Source: a virus (taxonomy: Duplodnaviria > Caudoviricetes). Taken from it: a stretch of 64,000 bases of DNA. The DNA lies in the IMG/VR virus record IMGVR_UViG_3300028833_000141, positions 1 through 64,000 of that record; one strand, written 5' to 3'. The translations under genes were made by a program, and so were the position numbers. Below the pieces are notes generated by a model. It made no database searches. It was not told the origin of the DNA and saw nothing but the letters and a program-made list of their open reading frames with translations. Below, piece after piece: positions 1 to 10,678 of the stretch (position 1 is its first letter; each line of letters begins with the position of its first letter).

Positions 1-109
1 TACTCCTTCTTACGGCGTTTTCGTAAATATTTAGGTTTTGTATTAGTGAACAAAATTCATGCATAATTAAATTTTGTCCTCTAACTTTGAGGATAAATGA
101 TGCTTGTGC

Positions 110-1132
110 ATGAATAAAAAACTTAATTCACTATCAAGCCTTGAAGAAATCATAGATCAATGTGGGAGTAACAAAACAATTATAGACAGTTTCTTAAAAG
201 CAAATAGTGTAATCGGGAGATATAGTAAACCATATTGCTCAATCTCAGGTGGTAAAGATAGCGATATTATGCTTGATATGCTTACCAAGATTGATAAGAA
301 ACATAAAATAAAATATGTGTGGTTCAATACTGGTATTGAATATCAAGCTACAAAGGATCATCTTAAATATCTGGAAAAGAAATATGGCATTGAGATTGAA
401 GAAGCAAAAGCTATCAAACCTATTCCGGTAAGCTGCAAAGAATATGGACAGCCATTTCTTTCAAAGTTTGTATCGGAAATGATTGAGAGATTGCAGAGAC
501 ATAATTTCCAATGGGAAGATGATACATATGAAAATCTAATAGAAAAATATCCGAAGATTACAACTGCTATTGCTTGGTGGACTGACCATAGAGATACAAC
601 GAAATATGGATACTCAAGGTTCAATATTTCTTATAATAAATATTTAAAAGATTTTATGATTCAAAATCCTCCGACATTCAAAATCAGTAATAAATGTTGT
701 AAATATGCAAAAAAGAATGTTGGCAAGGATTATGTAAAACAACATAATAATGATTTATCAATAATCGGTGTTAGGAAAGCAGAAGGAGGTATTAGGGCAG
801 CAAAATATAAATCCTGCTTTGAACCGAATACTGACGCTGATAAAAATGATATAGCATATTACAGACCTTTGCTTTGGTATAAAAATGAAGATGAAGAAGC
901 ATATGATAAGATATTCGATCTCACACATTCCGATTGTTATGAGGTATACGGAATGACAAGAACAGGATGTGTGGGGTGTCCATATAACAGGAAGATAAAT
1001 GAAGAATTGGAAGTCATGGAAAAATATGAACCAAATCTCGCAAAGGCAGCTAAAAATATTTTCAAAGAAAGTTATGAATATACTAAAAAGTATCGAGAGT
1101 TTTGTGAACAATACAGAACTAAAACCGAATAA
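110..1132 (+). CDS. PAPS reductase family (adenine nucleotide alpha-hydrolase) protein
   Basis: PP-loop SISGGKDS, IGVRKAEG motif and C-terminal RTGCVGCP; start set at ATG 110. Confidence 0.85.
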   Translation: MNKKLNSLSSLEEIIDQCGSNKTIIDSFLKANSVIGRYSKPYCSISGGKDSDIMLDMLTKIDKKHKIKYVWFNTGIEYQATKDHLKYLEKKYGIEIEEAKAIKPIPVSCKEYGQPFLSKFVSEMIERLQRHNFQWEDDTYENLIEKYPKITTAIAWWTDHRDTTKYGYSRFNISYNKYLKDFMIQNPPTFKISNKCCKYAKKNVGKDYVKQHNNDLSIIGVRKAEGGIRAAKYKSCFEPNTDADKNDIAYYRPLLWYKNEDEEAYDKIFDLTHSDCYEVYGMTRTGCVGCPYNRKINEELEVMEKYEPNLAKAAKNIFKESYEYTKKYREFCEQYRTKTE

Positions 1133-1135
1133 GTA

Positions 1136-1164
1136 TTGCAATAATTTTCTTTTTATTATATAAT
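1136..1164 (+). promoter_or_regulatory. sigmaA-type promoter
   Basis: TTGCAA (1136-1141), 17 nt, TATAAT (1159-1164), upstream of the Sak3/SSB genes. Confidence 0.7.
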
Positions 1165-1195
1165 AACTAAAACCGAACAAATAAGGGAGGTTAAA

Positions 1196-1393
1196 ATGTG
1201 GTTACATTTATACGATAAATCAGATAATGAATCTAAAGGCAAAATTACCGTCATTGATTTATACCAGCTAATGTTTGTTTATCTGAAATTAACTAATCAA
1301 ATTTCATGGCATTGGATATGGGTGCTATCACCATATTGGGTATTGCTTTTACTGCTAATTATTGCAGCTATTATCGTTAAACTTGTTGAATAA
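1196..1393 (+). CDS. small membrane protein
   Basis: GGAGG RBS; hydrophobic C-terminal helices. Confidence 0.6.
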   Translation: MWLHLYDKSDNESKGKITVIDLYQLMFVYLKLTNQISWHWIWVLSPYWVLLLLLIIAAIIVKLVE

Positions 1394-1405
1394 GTGGAGT
1401 ATTAA

Positions 1406-2044
1406 ATGGCAGATAATAAAAAAAGTGTATTTGAAAATCTGAACTCAAAGAGTGCAGACAAGAAGATTAAAAAGAAAGGTAAATTAAGCTATGTATCTTG
1501 GTCTGATGCATGGGCAGAAGTCAAGAAAGCATATCCGGATGCTTCATACACGATCTATTCTCAGACATTGGATGAATACGGTAACACAAGATTTTGGCAT
1601 GATGATGGGAAAACAGGTTGGTGTGAAGTAGGAGTAACAATCGAAGGACAGGAAATCAGAGAGGTTCTTGCCATTATGGATTTCAAGAATCAAAGCATTC
1701 CTGCAAGTGATATTACAAGTGTTGAAGCTAATAAAACACTCAAAAGATGTCTTACTAAAGCTTGCGCTTTGCATGGATTATTCCTTTATATCTACTCTGG
1801 CGAGGATATACCGGAAGAACTTGCACAGCTTAATGATCTCAAAGAAAAGGTGGATGCAGTTGCGAAAAAGAAAGCATCTTTAGGTGACGATAAGAAAGCT
1901 AAAGTTGCTGAACTTTGCAAAGAAGCGCAGCGTAAAGCATTCCCAGAGTTAGAAGAAGAACTGATCAGCGGTGATTATAAGAATATTGAGGATGTCGATA
2001 TTCTGGAAGAACTGCATAAAAAACTGTTAGCAATTAGAAAATAA
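1406..2044 (+). CDS. Sak3/DUF1071-like ssDNA annealing protein
   Basis: LSYVSWSDAWAEVKKAYP and KRCLTKACALHGLFLYIYSGED motifs; lies next to SSB. Confidence 0.8.
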   Translation: MADNKKSVFENLNSKSADKKIKKKGKLSYVSWSDAWAEVKKAYPDASYTIYSQTLDEYGNTRFWHDDGKTGWCEVGVTIEGQEIREVLAIMDFKNQSIPASDITSVEANKTLKRCLTKACALHGLFLYIYSGEDIPEELAQLNDLKEKVDAVAKKKASLGDDKKAKVAELCKEAQRKAFPELEEELISGDYKNIEDVDILEELHKKLLAIRK

Positions 2045-2058
2045 GGAGATTGAATTAT

Positions 2059-2469
2059 ATGGGATTTAGAACTGGTGCATACGCAAAAGTATGGAAAATA
2101 GAAAATAAAGGAAATTATAGTGTAGGACAGATCAGCATTAGCCGTAAGAATAAGAATACAGATCAATACGAGGTTGAGTTCCAGGACGGTTTTACAAGAT
2201 TTGTTGGTAACGCCCACAATGATATTAACTCTATTGATTTTCCTGAAAAAGGTGGTCTGACAATTAAGATAACTTCTTGTGATGTTACAAATAATTATAA
2301 CAAAGAAAAGAAAACGACATATACCAATTATGTTATTTTTGGTTTTGAAACTCCGAATGGTGAACTTGGTGAATCGGATGCTGAAACAGCAGATTCAGAA
2401 CCGGAGTCGGCAAAGCCAAACGCAGACGGTGATTCATTCGCAGAAGCAGAGGATGATCTGCCATTCTAA
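2059..2469 (+). CDS. ssb: single-stranded DNA-binding protein
   Basis: Acidic tail ending EDDLPF; follows Sak3; ATG 2059 downstream of AAGGAG. Confidence 0.75.
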   Translation: MGFRTGAYAKVWKIENKGNYSVGQISISRKNKNTDQYEVEFQDGFTRFVGNAHNDINSIDFPEKGGLTIKITSCDVTNNYNKEKKTTYTNYVIFGFETPNGELGESDAETADSEPESAKPNADGDSFAEAEDDLPF

Positions 2470-2482
2470 TATATAGGGAATT

Positions 2483-2513
2483 TTATTAGGGGGATTTTAT
2501 ATCCCTCTAATAA
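2483..2513 (+). terminator. hairpin, probable intrinsic terminator
   Basis: TTATTAGGGGGAT / ATCCCTCTAATAA stem just after the ssb stop. Confidence 0.55.
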
Positions 2514-2533
2514 TTGTTCAGAAATGGAGACAT

Positions 2534-3495
2534 ATGCTTATAGGATTAATTGATTGTGATGGTCACAATTTCCCTAACATTCCATTGATGAAACTGTCAG
2601 CCTATCATAAATCAAAAGGAGATCAAACTGAATGGTATGATTCTGACAATGGTAAACATTACGATAAAGTGTATATGTCAAAAGTATTTAGTTTTAGTCC
2701 GGATTATACCGAACCTATCAACGCTACTGAAATTGTGCGGGGGGGGGGTCAGGATATGCTATCAGTTTAGTTGATGGAAAAGAAATCTATGATAAATCAA
2801 AAGATATAGAACTACCATATGAGATTGAACATATATATCCGGACTATTCAATATATCCAGAATATACGAAGAATACGGCTTATGGCTTTTTAACTCGTGG
2901 CTGTCCAAGAGGATGCAGCTTTTGTCATGTTAAAGCAAAGGAAGGAATGTGTTCATACAAAGTAGCAGATTTAACCGAATTTTGGAACGGTCAAAAGAAT
3001 ATCGTTCTTTGTGATCCTAATATTCTCGCATGTAAAGACCATTTGGATTTACTTCAACAATTAATAGATTCAAATGCCAGGATCGACTTTAATCAAGGCT
3101 TAGACATTCGACTTATTACTGATAAGAATTTACAGCTATTATCGCAAATCAAGCTCAAAACAGTTCATTTTGCATTTGACCGTTGGCAAGACAAAGACAT
3201 AGTTGAACCAAGATTAAGGTTGTTCAGAGAAAAGACAGGAATGAATAGATCGAAAGTAATGGTCTATATATTGGTAAACTTCGATACTACTTTAGAACAG
3301 GATATGTATAGGATTCAATTATGTAGAGAATTGAACTTTCAGCCATATCCAATGATTTATGATAAGGAACATTGCGACAGGATTTATAAAAGATTGCAGC
3401 GTTGGTGTAATCCAATACTATTTTGGAAGATACCGACATTTGATGAATACCTAAAAACAACATACAAGAAATACAATGAGTGGAAACAATATTAG
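2534..3495 (+). pseudogene. radical SAM protein frameshifted at a G10 tract (about 320 aa if rejoined)
   Basis: From 2749 the frame of ORF 2947..3495 reads SGYAISLVDGKE...GFLTRGCPRGCSFCH (CxxxCxxC); it joins ORF 2534..2770 if the G run is 8 or 11 nt. Confidence 0.85.
2739..2748 (+). repeat. G10 homopolymer
   Basis: GTGC-GGGGGGGGGG-TCAGG; very unusual in this AT-rich genome. Confidence 0.95.
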
Positions 3496-3988
3496 GAAAT
3501 GTAGATACATAAACTGCAAACATATTACAAGGGAAATAGATATTACTCTTGATGATTATGTTCGCAAAGGAACTTTTTACTATCATCCGGATTGTTATAA
3601 AAGTAAGGTCGCAGGTGATTGGAAAGATGAACAAACAAAGAAAGATTTAGCCGAGTTTAGAAATCTTTGGTATCACCATATTAGCAAAACCGTTAATTAT
3701 TCGCAGTTAATGCGGATTCTTAATGAATACATATTAAGAGGAATCTCATCTGATTATCTGTTGTTCGTTTTGAGATATTGCATAGACAAGAAAAAGAATT
3801 TGAACTATCCGAACGGGTTTAAATATTTCGTTGATAAACAGGAAATCAAAACCGCTTATGACCGATATTTGCTTAATAAGCAGAAGGCTGAACAGAAAAA
3901 AATCGAGATCAATAGAAAGAAAGATGATTCTCCGAAATTTAATGTTCAGCAGAAACAGAGGGGTTTCCAAAGCGTTTTTGAAAAATAA
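3476..3988 (+). CDS. hypothetical replication-region protein (Cys/His-rich N-terminus)
   Basis: 170-aa ORF directly upstream of the helicase. Confidence 0.6.
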   Translation: MSGNNIRKCRYINCKHITREIDITLDDYVRKGTFYYHPDCYKSKVAGDWKDEQTKKDLAEFRNLWYHHISKTVNYSQLMRILNEYILRGISSDYLLFVLRYCIDKKKNLNYPNGFKYFVDKQEIKTAYDRYLLNKQKAEQKKIEINRKKDDSPKFNVQQKQRGFQSVFEK

Positions 3989-4009
3989 TCTTAATGGAGA
4001 TTAACTTAT

Positions 4010-5359
4010 ATGGATGTAAATATTTCTAATTTGTCAGATATTCAATCTGAAAGCGGAGTGATCGGTACACTAATATATCATCCTGATTATATTGCACATA
4101 CTGAATATCTGAAACCAAATCATTTTTACAATAAAGAAAATGCATGTATTTATTGGAGTATACAAGAATTATTCAAAGAAGGAATACAGAATATTGATGC
4201 TTACAATATATCAAACAAGTTACAAAGTCATAAAGGTGTGCAAAACACGCTTGATAAATACAATATTCCGTCAATACAAGAGTTTATAGAATTGTATAAA
4301 GAAACTGCAAGACACTCTATAGAGGAATATAAAATGCTTGCAGAGAATATCGTCACATTTGCTTTCAAAAGAGATTTGATAAAAGTATTGAATCAAGTTG
4401 AAGCAAAATGTTATAAGCCGGAATTTAATCTTGAAAAAATGAGCAACATGGTATATTCGGAACTCGATAAACTGACACAGAATTTTCTTGTAGCAAGTGA
4501 TATTGATACTCTTGGCGAAAATATAGACAGCATTTGGGAAGAAATCGAAGGCAGAAGAACGGCAGACGGTATATATGGAATCCCATCAAAGTTTCCTACA
4601 TTTATGGATTATTTTACATATGAGCCTGGGGAATTAGTAGTTATTCAAGCGAAATATAAACAAGGTAAATCTGTTCTGATTATGAATGAAGTAGTTCATA
4701 AGTTAAAAAATGGTATTGCTTGTTTAGTAGTCGATAGGGAAATGCCAACGAGATTATATGTTGAAAGACTTATATCTCATTTGACAGGAATCGAAATAAG
4801 CAAAATTAAAACAGGCAGATACGGTGAGCAAGAAGAACAGAAAATAAAAGAAACTATTGCTTGGATTAAGAAACAGCCATTTGTTCATATATATGATCCG
4901 AATATGACAATGGAAAGATTATATTCGATCTGCAAATCATTACAAAACAAAATGAATTTAGGCTTTGTTGCTTATGACTATTTGAAGAGTAATGAAACAT
5001 CCGCAAGCGACAACTACAATCTGCTCGGTGCTAAATGCGATTTTCTTAAAAACAATATAGCAGGTGAGTTAGACATTCCTGTTCTTGCTGCATGTCAGCT
5101 TAACAGAGAAGGGAAAGTCGCAGACAGTTTTAAGATCAATATGTTCCTTTCAGTAGGAATTAAATGGGGAATGAAAACCCTTGAAATGCAAGCAAAAGAT
5201 GGAATGGATTGTGGTAATGCTTATGCTAAGATTTATGTAAATCGTCTTGGCAGACAGATGGATGAAGATGATGAGGATTCGTACATTGATTTTTATTTCG
5301 ATGGAGATACTATGTCAATTGTAGAAGCAAGGCAACATGAGAGGGATGAATCATATTAG
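4010..5359 (+). CDS. dnaB: DnaB-like replicative helicase
   Basis: DnaB-type N-terminus, Walker A AKYKQGKS, Walker B AYDYL, ACQLNR. Confidence 0.85.
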   Translation: MDVNISNLSDIQSESGVIGTLIYHPDYIAHTEYLKPNHFYNKENACIYWSIQELFKEGIQNIDAYNISNKLQSHKGVQNTLDKYNIPSIQEFIELYKETARHSIEEYKMLAENIVTFAFKRDLIKVLNQVEAKCYKPEFNLEKMSNMVYSELDKLTQNFLVASDIDTLGENIDSIWEEIEGRRTADGIYGIPSKFPTFMDYFTYEPGELVVIQAKYKQGKSVLIMNEVVHKLKNGIACLVVDREMPTRLYVERLISHLTGIEISKIKTGRYGEQEEQKIKETIAWIKKQPFVHIYDPNMTMERLYSICKSLQNKMNLGFVAYDYLKSNETSASDNYNLLGAKCDFLKNNIAGELDIPVLAACQLNREGKVADSFKINMFLSVGIKWGMKTLEMQAKDGMDCGNAYAKIYVNRLGRQMDEDDEDSYIDFYFDGDTMSIVEARQHERDESY

Positions 5360-6386
5360 ACCAACAAGCAAATATTCGATCAATGATTATGATGATGAAG
5401 TGCTACAGAAAATAAATGAAAGTGCTGATCTTGTCGAATATGTAAGTCAGATTATGGAATTAGAACAGAGAGGGGAGGAATATTTCACAAGCTGCCCAAA
5501 GCACATTGATGAAACACCTTCTCTTTCTTTTAATCCCAATAAAAACACTTTCTATTGTTTTTCCTGTGGTCGCTCCGGTGGATTTATAGGGTATTTAATG
5601 CAATACGAAGGCTTAACATTTAACGAAGCTGTATCGAAAGCTGCAAAGTTTGCTAATGTTGATCTTTCTCAAATGTGTCAATCAAATACATTTACTTTCC
5701 TGAAACGGCTGAGAAAAATGAACACATATAAAAAGAAGAAATATGTGCATCCAACAATTCCTGCATCAGACTATACAAAATATAGTCAAGAGAAAATCCA
5801 GGAATGGATAGATGAAGGTATAAGCCAAGATGTTATGAATCTCTTTGGTGTTCGTGCAGACAATTTTCAAAATCGTATTGTTTACCCTGTATATGATATG
5901 GACAATCATCTGATCAATATAAAAGGTCGAACAAGATATAAGAATTATAAGCAATTAAAAATACCAAAATATATTAATTATTATTCTGTTGGTGTTATGG
6001 ATTATCTGCAAGGACTAAATATTACTTTGCCATATGTGAAGCAGAAAAATGAAATAATCATATTTGAGTCAATCAAATCAGTCATGCTTGCTTATGGGTG
6101 GGGATATAAAAACGCTGCATCCGCAGAAAAGCATACTCTAACAGATGAACAACTAAATCTAATAGCACATTTACATGTAAATGTTGTATTTGCATATGAC
6201 AGCGATATTGATTATCGCAGTAATGAAGTATGGAAAAGTATAGAGAAACTTAAACGAATTACGAATGTGTTTATTATAGATGATAAGAAAAAGTTATTGG
6301 GTGGAGCGAAAACGAAAAATGCACCTGTAGATATGGGAAAAGAAATATGGGAGCAGCTATATAGACAAAAGAGGAAGATAGTTTAA
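5337..6386 (+). CDS. dnaG: DNA primase (CHC2 zinc finger + TOPRIM)
   Basis: CPKH...FYCFSCG zinc finger; FES and AYDSD TOPRIM motifs. Confidence 0.85.
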   Translation: MRGMNHIRPTSKYSINDYDDEVLQKINESADLVEYVSQIMELEQRGEEYFTSCPKHIDETPSLSFNPNKNTFYCFSCGRSGGFIGYLMQYEGLTFNEAVSKAAKFANVDLSQMCQSNTFTFLKRLRKMNTYKKKKYVHPTIPASDYTKYSQEKIQEWIDEGISQDVMNLFGVRADNFQNRIVYPVYDMDNHLINIKGRTRYKNYKQLKIPKYINYYSVGVMDYLQGLNITLPYVKQKNEIIIFESIKSVMLAYGWGYKNAASAEKHTLTDEQLNLIAHLHVNVVFAYDSDIDYRSNEVWKSIEKLKRITNVFIIDDKKKLLGGAKTKNAPVDMGKEIWEQLYRQKRKIV

Positions 6387-7183
6387 TGAGTGATTACAGA
6401 CAAAAGATTGATCAGATGGTTTGGTCTTTTTCAAGATTAACTGCATTTGAACATTGTAAATATGAGTTCTATTTGCAATATATCATTGCTGATGATGAAG
6501 AATATCTGTCTGAAAATAATTTTTATGCGGAATCCGGTCTGTTTGTCCATGATACATTAGCGAAAATATTTAGTGGTGAATTGAAATTAGAAGATGCACC
6601 AGAATATTTTGTCGATAATTATTATGACAATGTATTTTACAGAACACGGCAAAGCATAATGGATAATACATTTGAGAAATGTGCTGATTATTTTTCAGAA
6701 GCAGATTTTAGTTGGATAGACAAATATGAAATTATTGATGTCGAAAAAAAAGTCAATTTCAAAATTGATAACTATAATTTTATAGGTTTTATTGATTTAT
6801 TATTAAAAGATAAATCTAATGGTAAGTATGTAATTTTAGACCACAAATCAAGTGAATATCCTTTCAAGAAGGACGGTGGAATTAAAAAGAAAAGTCAGAC
6901 GCAATTTGAGGAATATAAAAAACAGTTATACATTTATGCTCATGCTGTCCATGAATTATATGGTGAATATCCAAAAGAATTGATTTGGAATCATTTCAAA
7001 GATAATGGTCAATTAGCCATAATTCCTTTTGATATAGAGGAATATAACAATACTATAAAATGGACAACTGAAACGATACATAAGATAGAGAATGAAACTG
7101 AATGGGGAGAAAATCAAGATTTCTTCTATTGTCATAATCTCTGTAATTTTAGATCGAGTTGCGAATATAATAAATTTTCATAA
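6386..7183 (+). CDS. PD-(D/E)xK Cas4/AddB-like exonuclease
   Basis: GFIDLL...ILDHKS, QLYIY; Fe-S staple-like cysteines HCKY and CHNLCNFRSSC. Confidence 0.8.
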   Translation: MSDYRQKIDQMVWSFSRLTAFEHCKYEFYLQYIIADDEEYLSENNFYAESGLFVHDTLAKIFSGELKLEDAPEYFVDNYYDNVFYRTRQSIMDNTFEKCADYFSEADFSWIDKYEIIDVEKKVNFKIDNYNFIGFIDLLLKDKSNGKYVILDHKSSEYPFKKDGGIKKKSQTQFEEYKKQLYIYAHAVHELYGEYPKELIWNHFKDNGQLAIIPFDIEEYNNTIKWTTETIHKIENETEWGENQDFFYCHNLCNFRSSCEYNKFS

Positions 7184-7205
7184 ATAAAACAAAACAAGTA
7201 CAGAA

Positions 7206-10200
7206 ATGAGATATAACAATTACCATAAACATGATCATAGCGGTAATCCGTGGATAACAGACACGATCGCTAAAGAAGAAGATTATTGTAAGAGAGCGAA
7301 AGAATTAGGACATACGACTTGCTTTACTGTAAATCATGGCGTTCAGGGCAGAATCTTTGATTGGATGGAGTGCGCCAAGAAATATGATTTGAAGATGATT
7401 TACGGCACAGAAGCATATTATGTTGATGATAGGCAAAAGGAATATCCGGTAATTGATCCTAAAACTAATGATTATAAACGAGATAAAAAAGGTAATATAA
7501 TCACGCAAAAAGATAAAAGCAATAGACATTTAATTATAGTTGCCAGGAATAATGATGGTGTTAAGCAGCTTAATAAGATCATGTCTGAGGCGCATTCAAC
7601 AGGATTCTATTATCGCCCAAGAATAGATAGAAGCTTATTATTCTCTCTTAATCCATCTAATTTCATTATAACGACCGCATGTGTCGCTGGTATATGGAAT
7701 GATAGCGAATTGATTTTAGCGTTACATAATCATTTCAAAGATAATTTATTTCTTGAAGTACAGAATCACAATATTGATATTCAAAAAGAAGCTAATAAAC
7801 AATTACTGACTTTGAATAAGGAAACAGGAATAAAAATTATTCATGCAAATGATAGTCACTATATCTATCCGCAAGATGAACAATATAGAACTTTATATTT
7901 GAAAGGTAAAGGATTCAATTATTCAGATGAAGATGGGATGATTTTAGATTATCCCGACTCTGATGCGATTTTCCAGCGGTATGAACAACAGGGAATACTC
8001 TCTCATGCACAAGTTCAAGAAGCACTCAATAATACTTTGGTCTTTGATGAATGTGAGGAAATTACTTTAATTAATGATGATATTAAACTTCCTGCTATAT
8101 CAGACCACCCAACAGAAGAACTGAGAACAATTATTAATAATAGTTGGAAAAGGGAAAGAATCAATATACCAAAAGAAAAGCACCAAGAATACTTAGATGC
8201 TATCAGGGAGGAAGTAAATATTGTAGAAAAAACTCACATGGAGCAATATTTCTTGATTGATTACCATGTGGTAAAAGATGGACAAGAGAAATATGATGGA
8301 AAGCTGACCAATACAGGAAGAGGATCAGCACCAAGTTTTTATATAACAAAGCTACTTGGCTTAACAGATATTGACAGGATAGCTGCGCCAATCACACTTT
8401 TCCCATCAAGATTTATGTCTATCGAAAGAATCTTAGGAGCAAAATCATTACCGGATATTGACTTAAATACTACAGATAGAGTGCCATTTATTAAAGCTAC
8501 TGAGGATTTATTGGGTGCTGAAAACTGCGCATGGATGGTATCGTGGAAACCATTGCAGAAATCCAATGCGTTCAGACTGTTTTGTAAGAGCAAAGGCTAT
8601 GCATTAAAAGACTATGATCATATTGCAAAAGATTTAGAAAAATATGAAAACGATCCTAAATGGGGAGCAATAATAGAAGAAAGTAAAGTATTTATTGGCG
8701 TTATCGAAAGTGTTTCAGAATCGCCATGTAGCGAATTACTTTACTATAAACCTGTCAATGAAGAACTCGGATTAGTGAGAACGACAGGCGGTGCAATTTG
8801 TTGTCTGCTTGATGGATATAACTGCGACAAATATAAATATCTAAAGAATGATTATTTAACGGTTACAGTTTGGGCGATAATCAGAGATACATGTAGACTT
8901 GCAAATATTCCTATTCCAACAATCGAAGAAATAAATAATCTATTTGACGATAAAACTTTTGAAGTTTACAAAAACGGCTTAACATGCACGATAAATCAAG
9001 CTGATAGTGACTTTGCAACAGGGTTAGTTAGACAATATCAGCCTCAAAGCGTGTCTGAAATGTCTGCATTTGTAGCGATCATAAGACCTGGGTGTGCGAG
9101 TCTGCGTGATGATTTTATTCAAAGAAAACCTTATACAACAGGAATAAAAGAATTAGATGAACTTCTAATCGAAGGAAATCATAGGATGATTTATCAGGAA
9201 TTGATAATGAAATATCTAATTTGGTTAGGGATACCGGAAACTGGTTCATACGATATTATTAAAAAGATTTCTAAAAAGAAATTCAAGGAGGCAGAACTTA
9301 GTAAATTAAAAGCTGAACTGCTACAGGGATGGATTAAACAGGTAGGTACTGAGGATGGTTTTGATGAAACATGGTCTGTAGTACAAGATGCAGCTAAGTA
9401 TTCATTTAACGCTTCACACTCTCTGTCTTATGCTTATGACAGCTTATATGGAGCGTATCTGAAATCACACTATCCATTGGAGTATTATACTGTCGCTTTT
9501 AATTACTATGATAGCGATTCTGATAGAACATCAAAACTTACAAAAGAACTCGGCTATTATGGAATCAAATTAAAATCCTCAAAATTCAGATATTCAAAAG
9601 CGGATTACATGCTTAACCGAGAAGAGAATAGCATATATAAAGGCGTGCAGTCTATTAAAGGATTAAATGCGGAAGTAGGAAATCAATTATATGAATTAAG
9701 AAATAATAAATATGATTCATTTATAGATTTACTATACGATATTAAACAACAAACTACATTACAGAGAGATCAAGTAGAAATATTAATAAAACTTAACTAT
9801 TTTGAAGAATTTGGAGAGATTAATTATCTGTTAAGATTGCAAAAACTATTTCTCAGTATTGCAGGTAAAAAGCAATTAAGTAAAGAAAAGGTTGCAAAAT
9901 TACAATTAAACGAAAAAGATGTATATGTATGTTCTACTAAAGTGGCAGATAAAACTTATATGGGTATAAATGCAGATAAATTACTAAAACTTACTGCAAA
10001 AAATATTAAAGTTAAGAGATTCACGGTAGGAGAAACAATAAAAGCACAGGCTGAATATTTGGGATATATTGAAGTTGTAGATCAGAGATATAGCCGGATG
10101 TTAGCTATAATGGATATTGACCTGACTTATTCGCCAAAACTTACATGTTATTCTTTGAAAAATGGAACGACTATAGAGTGTAAGATAAATAAGCGTATTT

Positions 10201-10355
10201 TTCGTAAAAACCCATTAAATAAATATGATGTGATCAGAGTTATAGATCATAGAACGAAGCCTAAATCGGTTTGGAATGAAGAGATAGAAGATTATGAAAC
10301 TGTGCCTAACACATCAGAAATGTGGTTAACAAAATATAAAAAGGTGGAACTATAA
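7206..10355 (+). CDS. dnaE: DNA polymerase III alpha subunit (family C)
   Basis: PHP domain (HKHDH, HANDSHY), GRGSA, PDIDL, YSFNASHS. Confidence 0.93.
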   Translation: MRYNNYHKHDHSGNPWITDTIAKEEDYCKRAKELGHTTCFTVNHGVQGRIFDWMECAKKYDLKMIYGTEAYYVDDRQKEYPVIDPKTNDYKRDKKGNIITQKDKSNRHLIIVARNNDGVKQLNKIMSEAHSTGFYYRPRIDRSLLFSLNPSNFIITTACVAGIWNDSELILALHNHFKDNLFLEVQNHNIDIQKEANKQLLTLNKETGIKIIHANDSHYIYPQDEQYRTLYLKGKGFNYSDEDGMILDYPDSDAIFQRYEQQGILSHAQVQEALNNTLVFDECEEITLINDDIKLPAISDHPTEELRTIINNSWKRERINIPKEKHQEYLDAIREEVNIVEKTHMEQYFLIDYHVVKDGQEKYDGKLTNTGRGSAPSFYITKLLGLTDIDRIAAPITLFPSRFMSIERILGAKSLPDIDLNTTDRVPFIKATEDLLGAENCAWMVSWKPLQKSNAFRLFCKSKGYALKDYDHIAKDLEKYENDPKWGAIIEESKVFIGVIESVSESPCSELLYYKPVNEELGLVRTTGGAICCLLDGYNCDKYKYLKNDYLTVTVWAIIRDTCRLANIPIPTIEEINNLFDDKTFEVYKNGLTCTINQADSDFATGLVRQYQPQSVSEMSAFVAIIRPGCASLRDDFIQRKPYTTGIKELDELLIEGNHRMIYQELIMKYLIWLGIPETGSYDIIKKISKKKFKEAELSKLKAELLQGWIKQVGTEDGFDETWSVVQDAAKYSFNASHSLSYAYDSLYGAYLKSHYPLEYYTVAFNYYDSDSDRTSKLTKELGYYGIKLKSSKFRYSKADYMLNREENSIYKGVQSIKGLNAEVGNQLYELRNNKYDSFIDLLYDIKQQTTLQRDQVEILIKLNYFEEFGEINYLLRLQKLFLSIAGKKQLSKEKVAKLQLNEKDVYVCSTKVADKTYMGINADKLLKLTAKNIKVKRFTVGETIKAQAEYLGYIEVVDQRYSRMLAIMDIDLTYSPKLTCYSLKNGTTIECKINKRIFRKNPLNKYDVIRVIDHRTKPKSVWNEEIEDYETVPNTSEMWLTKYKKVEL

Positions 10356-10678
10356 TGGAGAGAAAGCCAATTAAACGAAAATATATAGTTGCGAAATTCG
10401 CATATAATGACGCAACTATATATTGCGTTGAATCAGAAACAGCAAATGAAGCAGTTATAAAAAGCAGGAAACTTAAAAATGCGTATGCGACTTATACAGG
10501 AAATTTTAAGTTCTATGGAGAAGGCTCATTCGCAATCGCAGAAAATCCGGAAAAGAATATTACTCTGGATAGTGTTGCAGACATATTTAAGTCTATGGAT
10601 ATATCTAACATATATTTATTGGAGTATGACAAGAATTATTTAAAGAAGGAATACAGATCGGAGGTTAAAAAGCATTGA
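10355..10678 (+). CDS. hypothetical protein
   Basis: Translationally coupled ORF in the operon. Confidence 0.6.
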   Translation: MERKPIKRKYIVAKFAYNDATIYCVESETANEAVIKSRKLKNAYATYTGNFKFYGEGSFAIAENPEKNITLDSVADIFKSMDISNIYLLEYDKNYLKKEYRSEVKKH

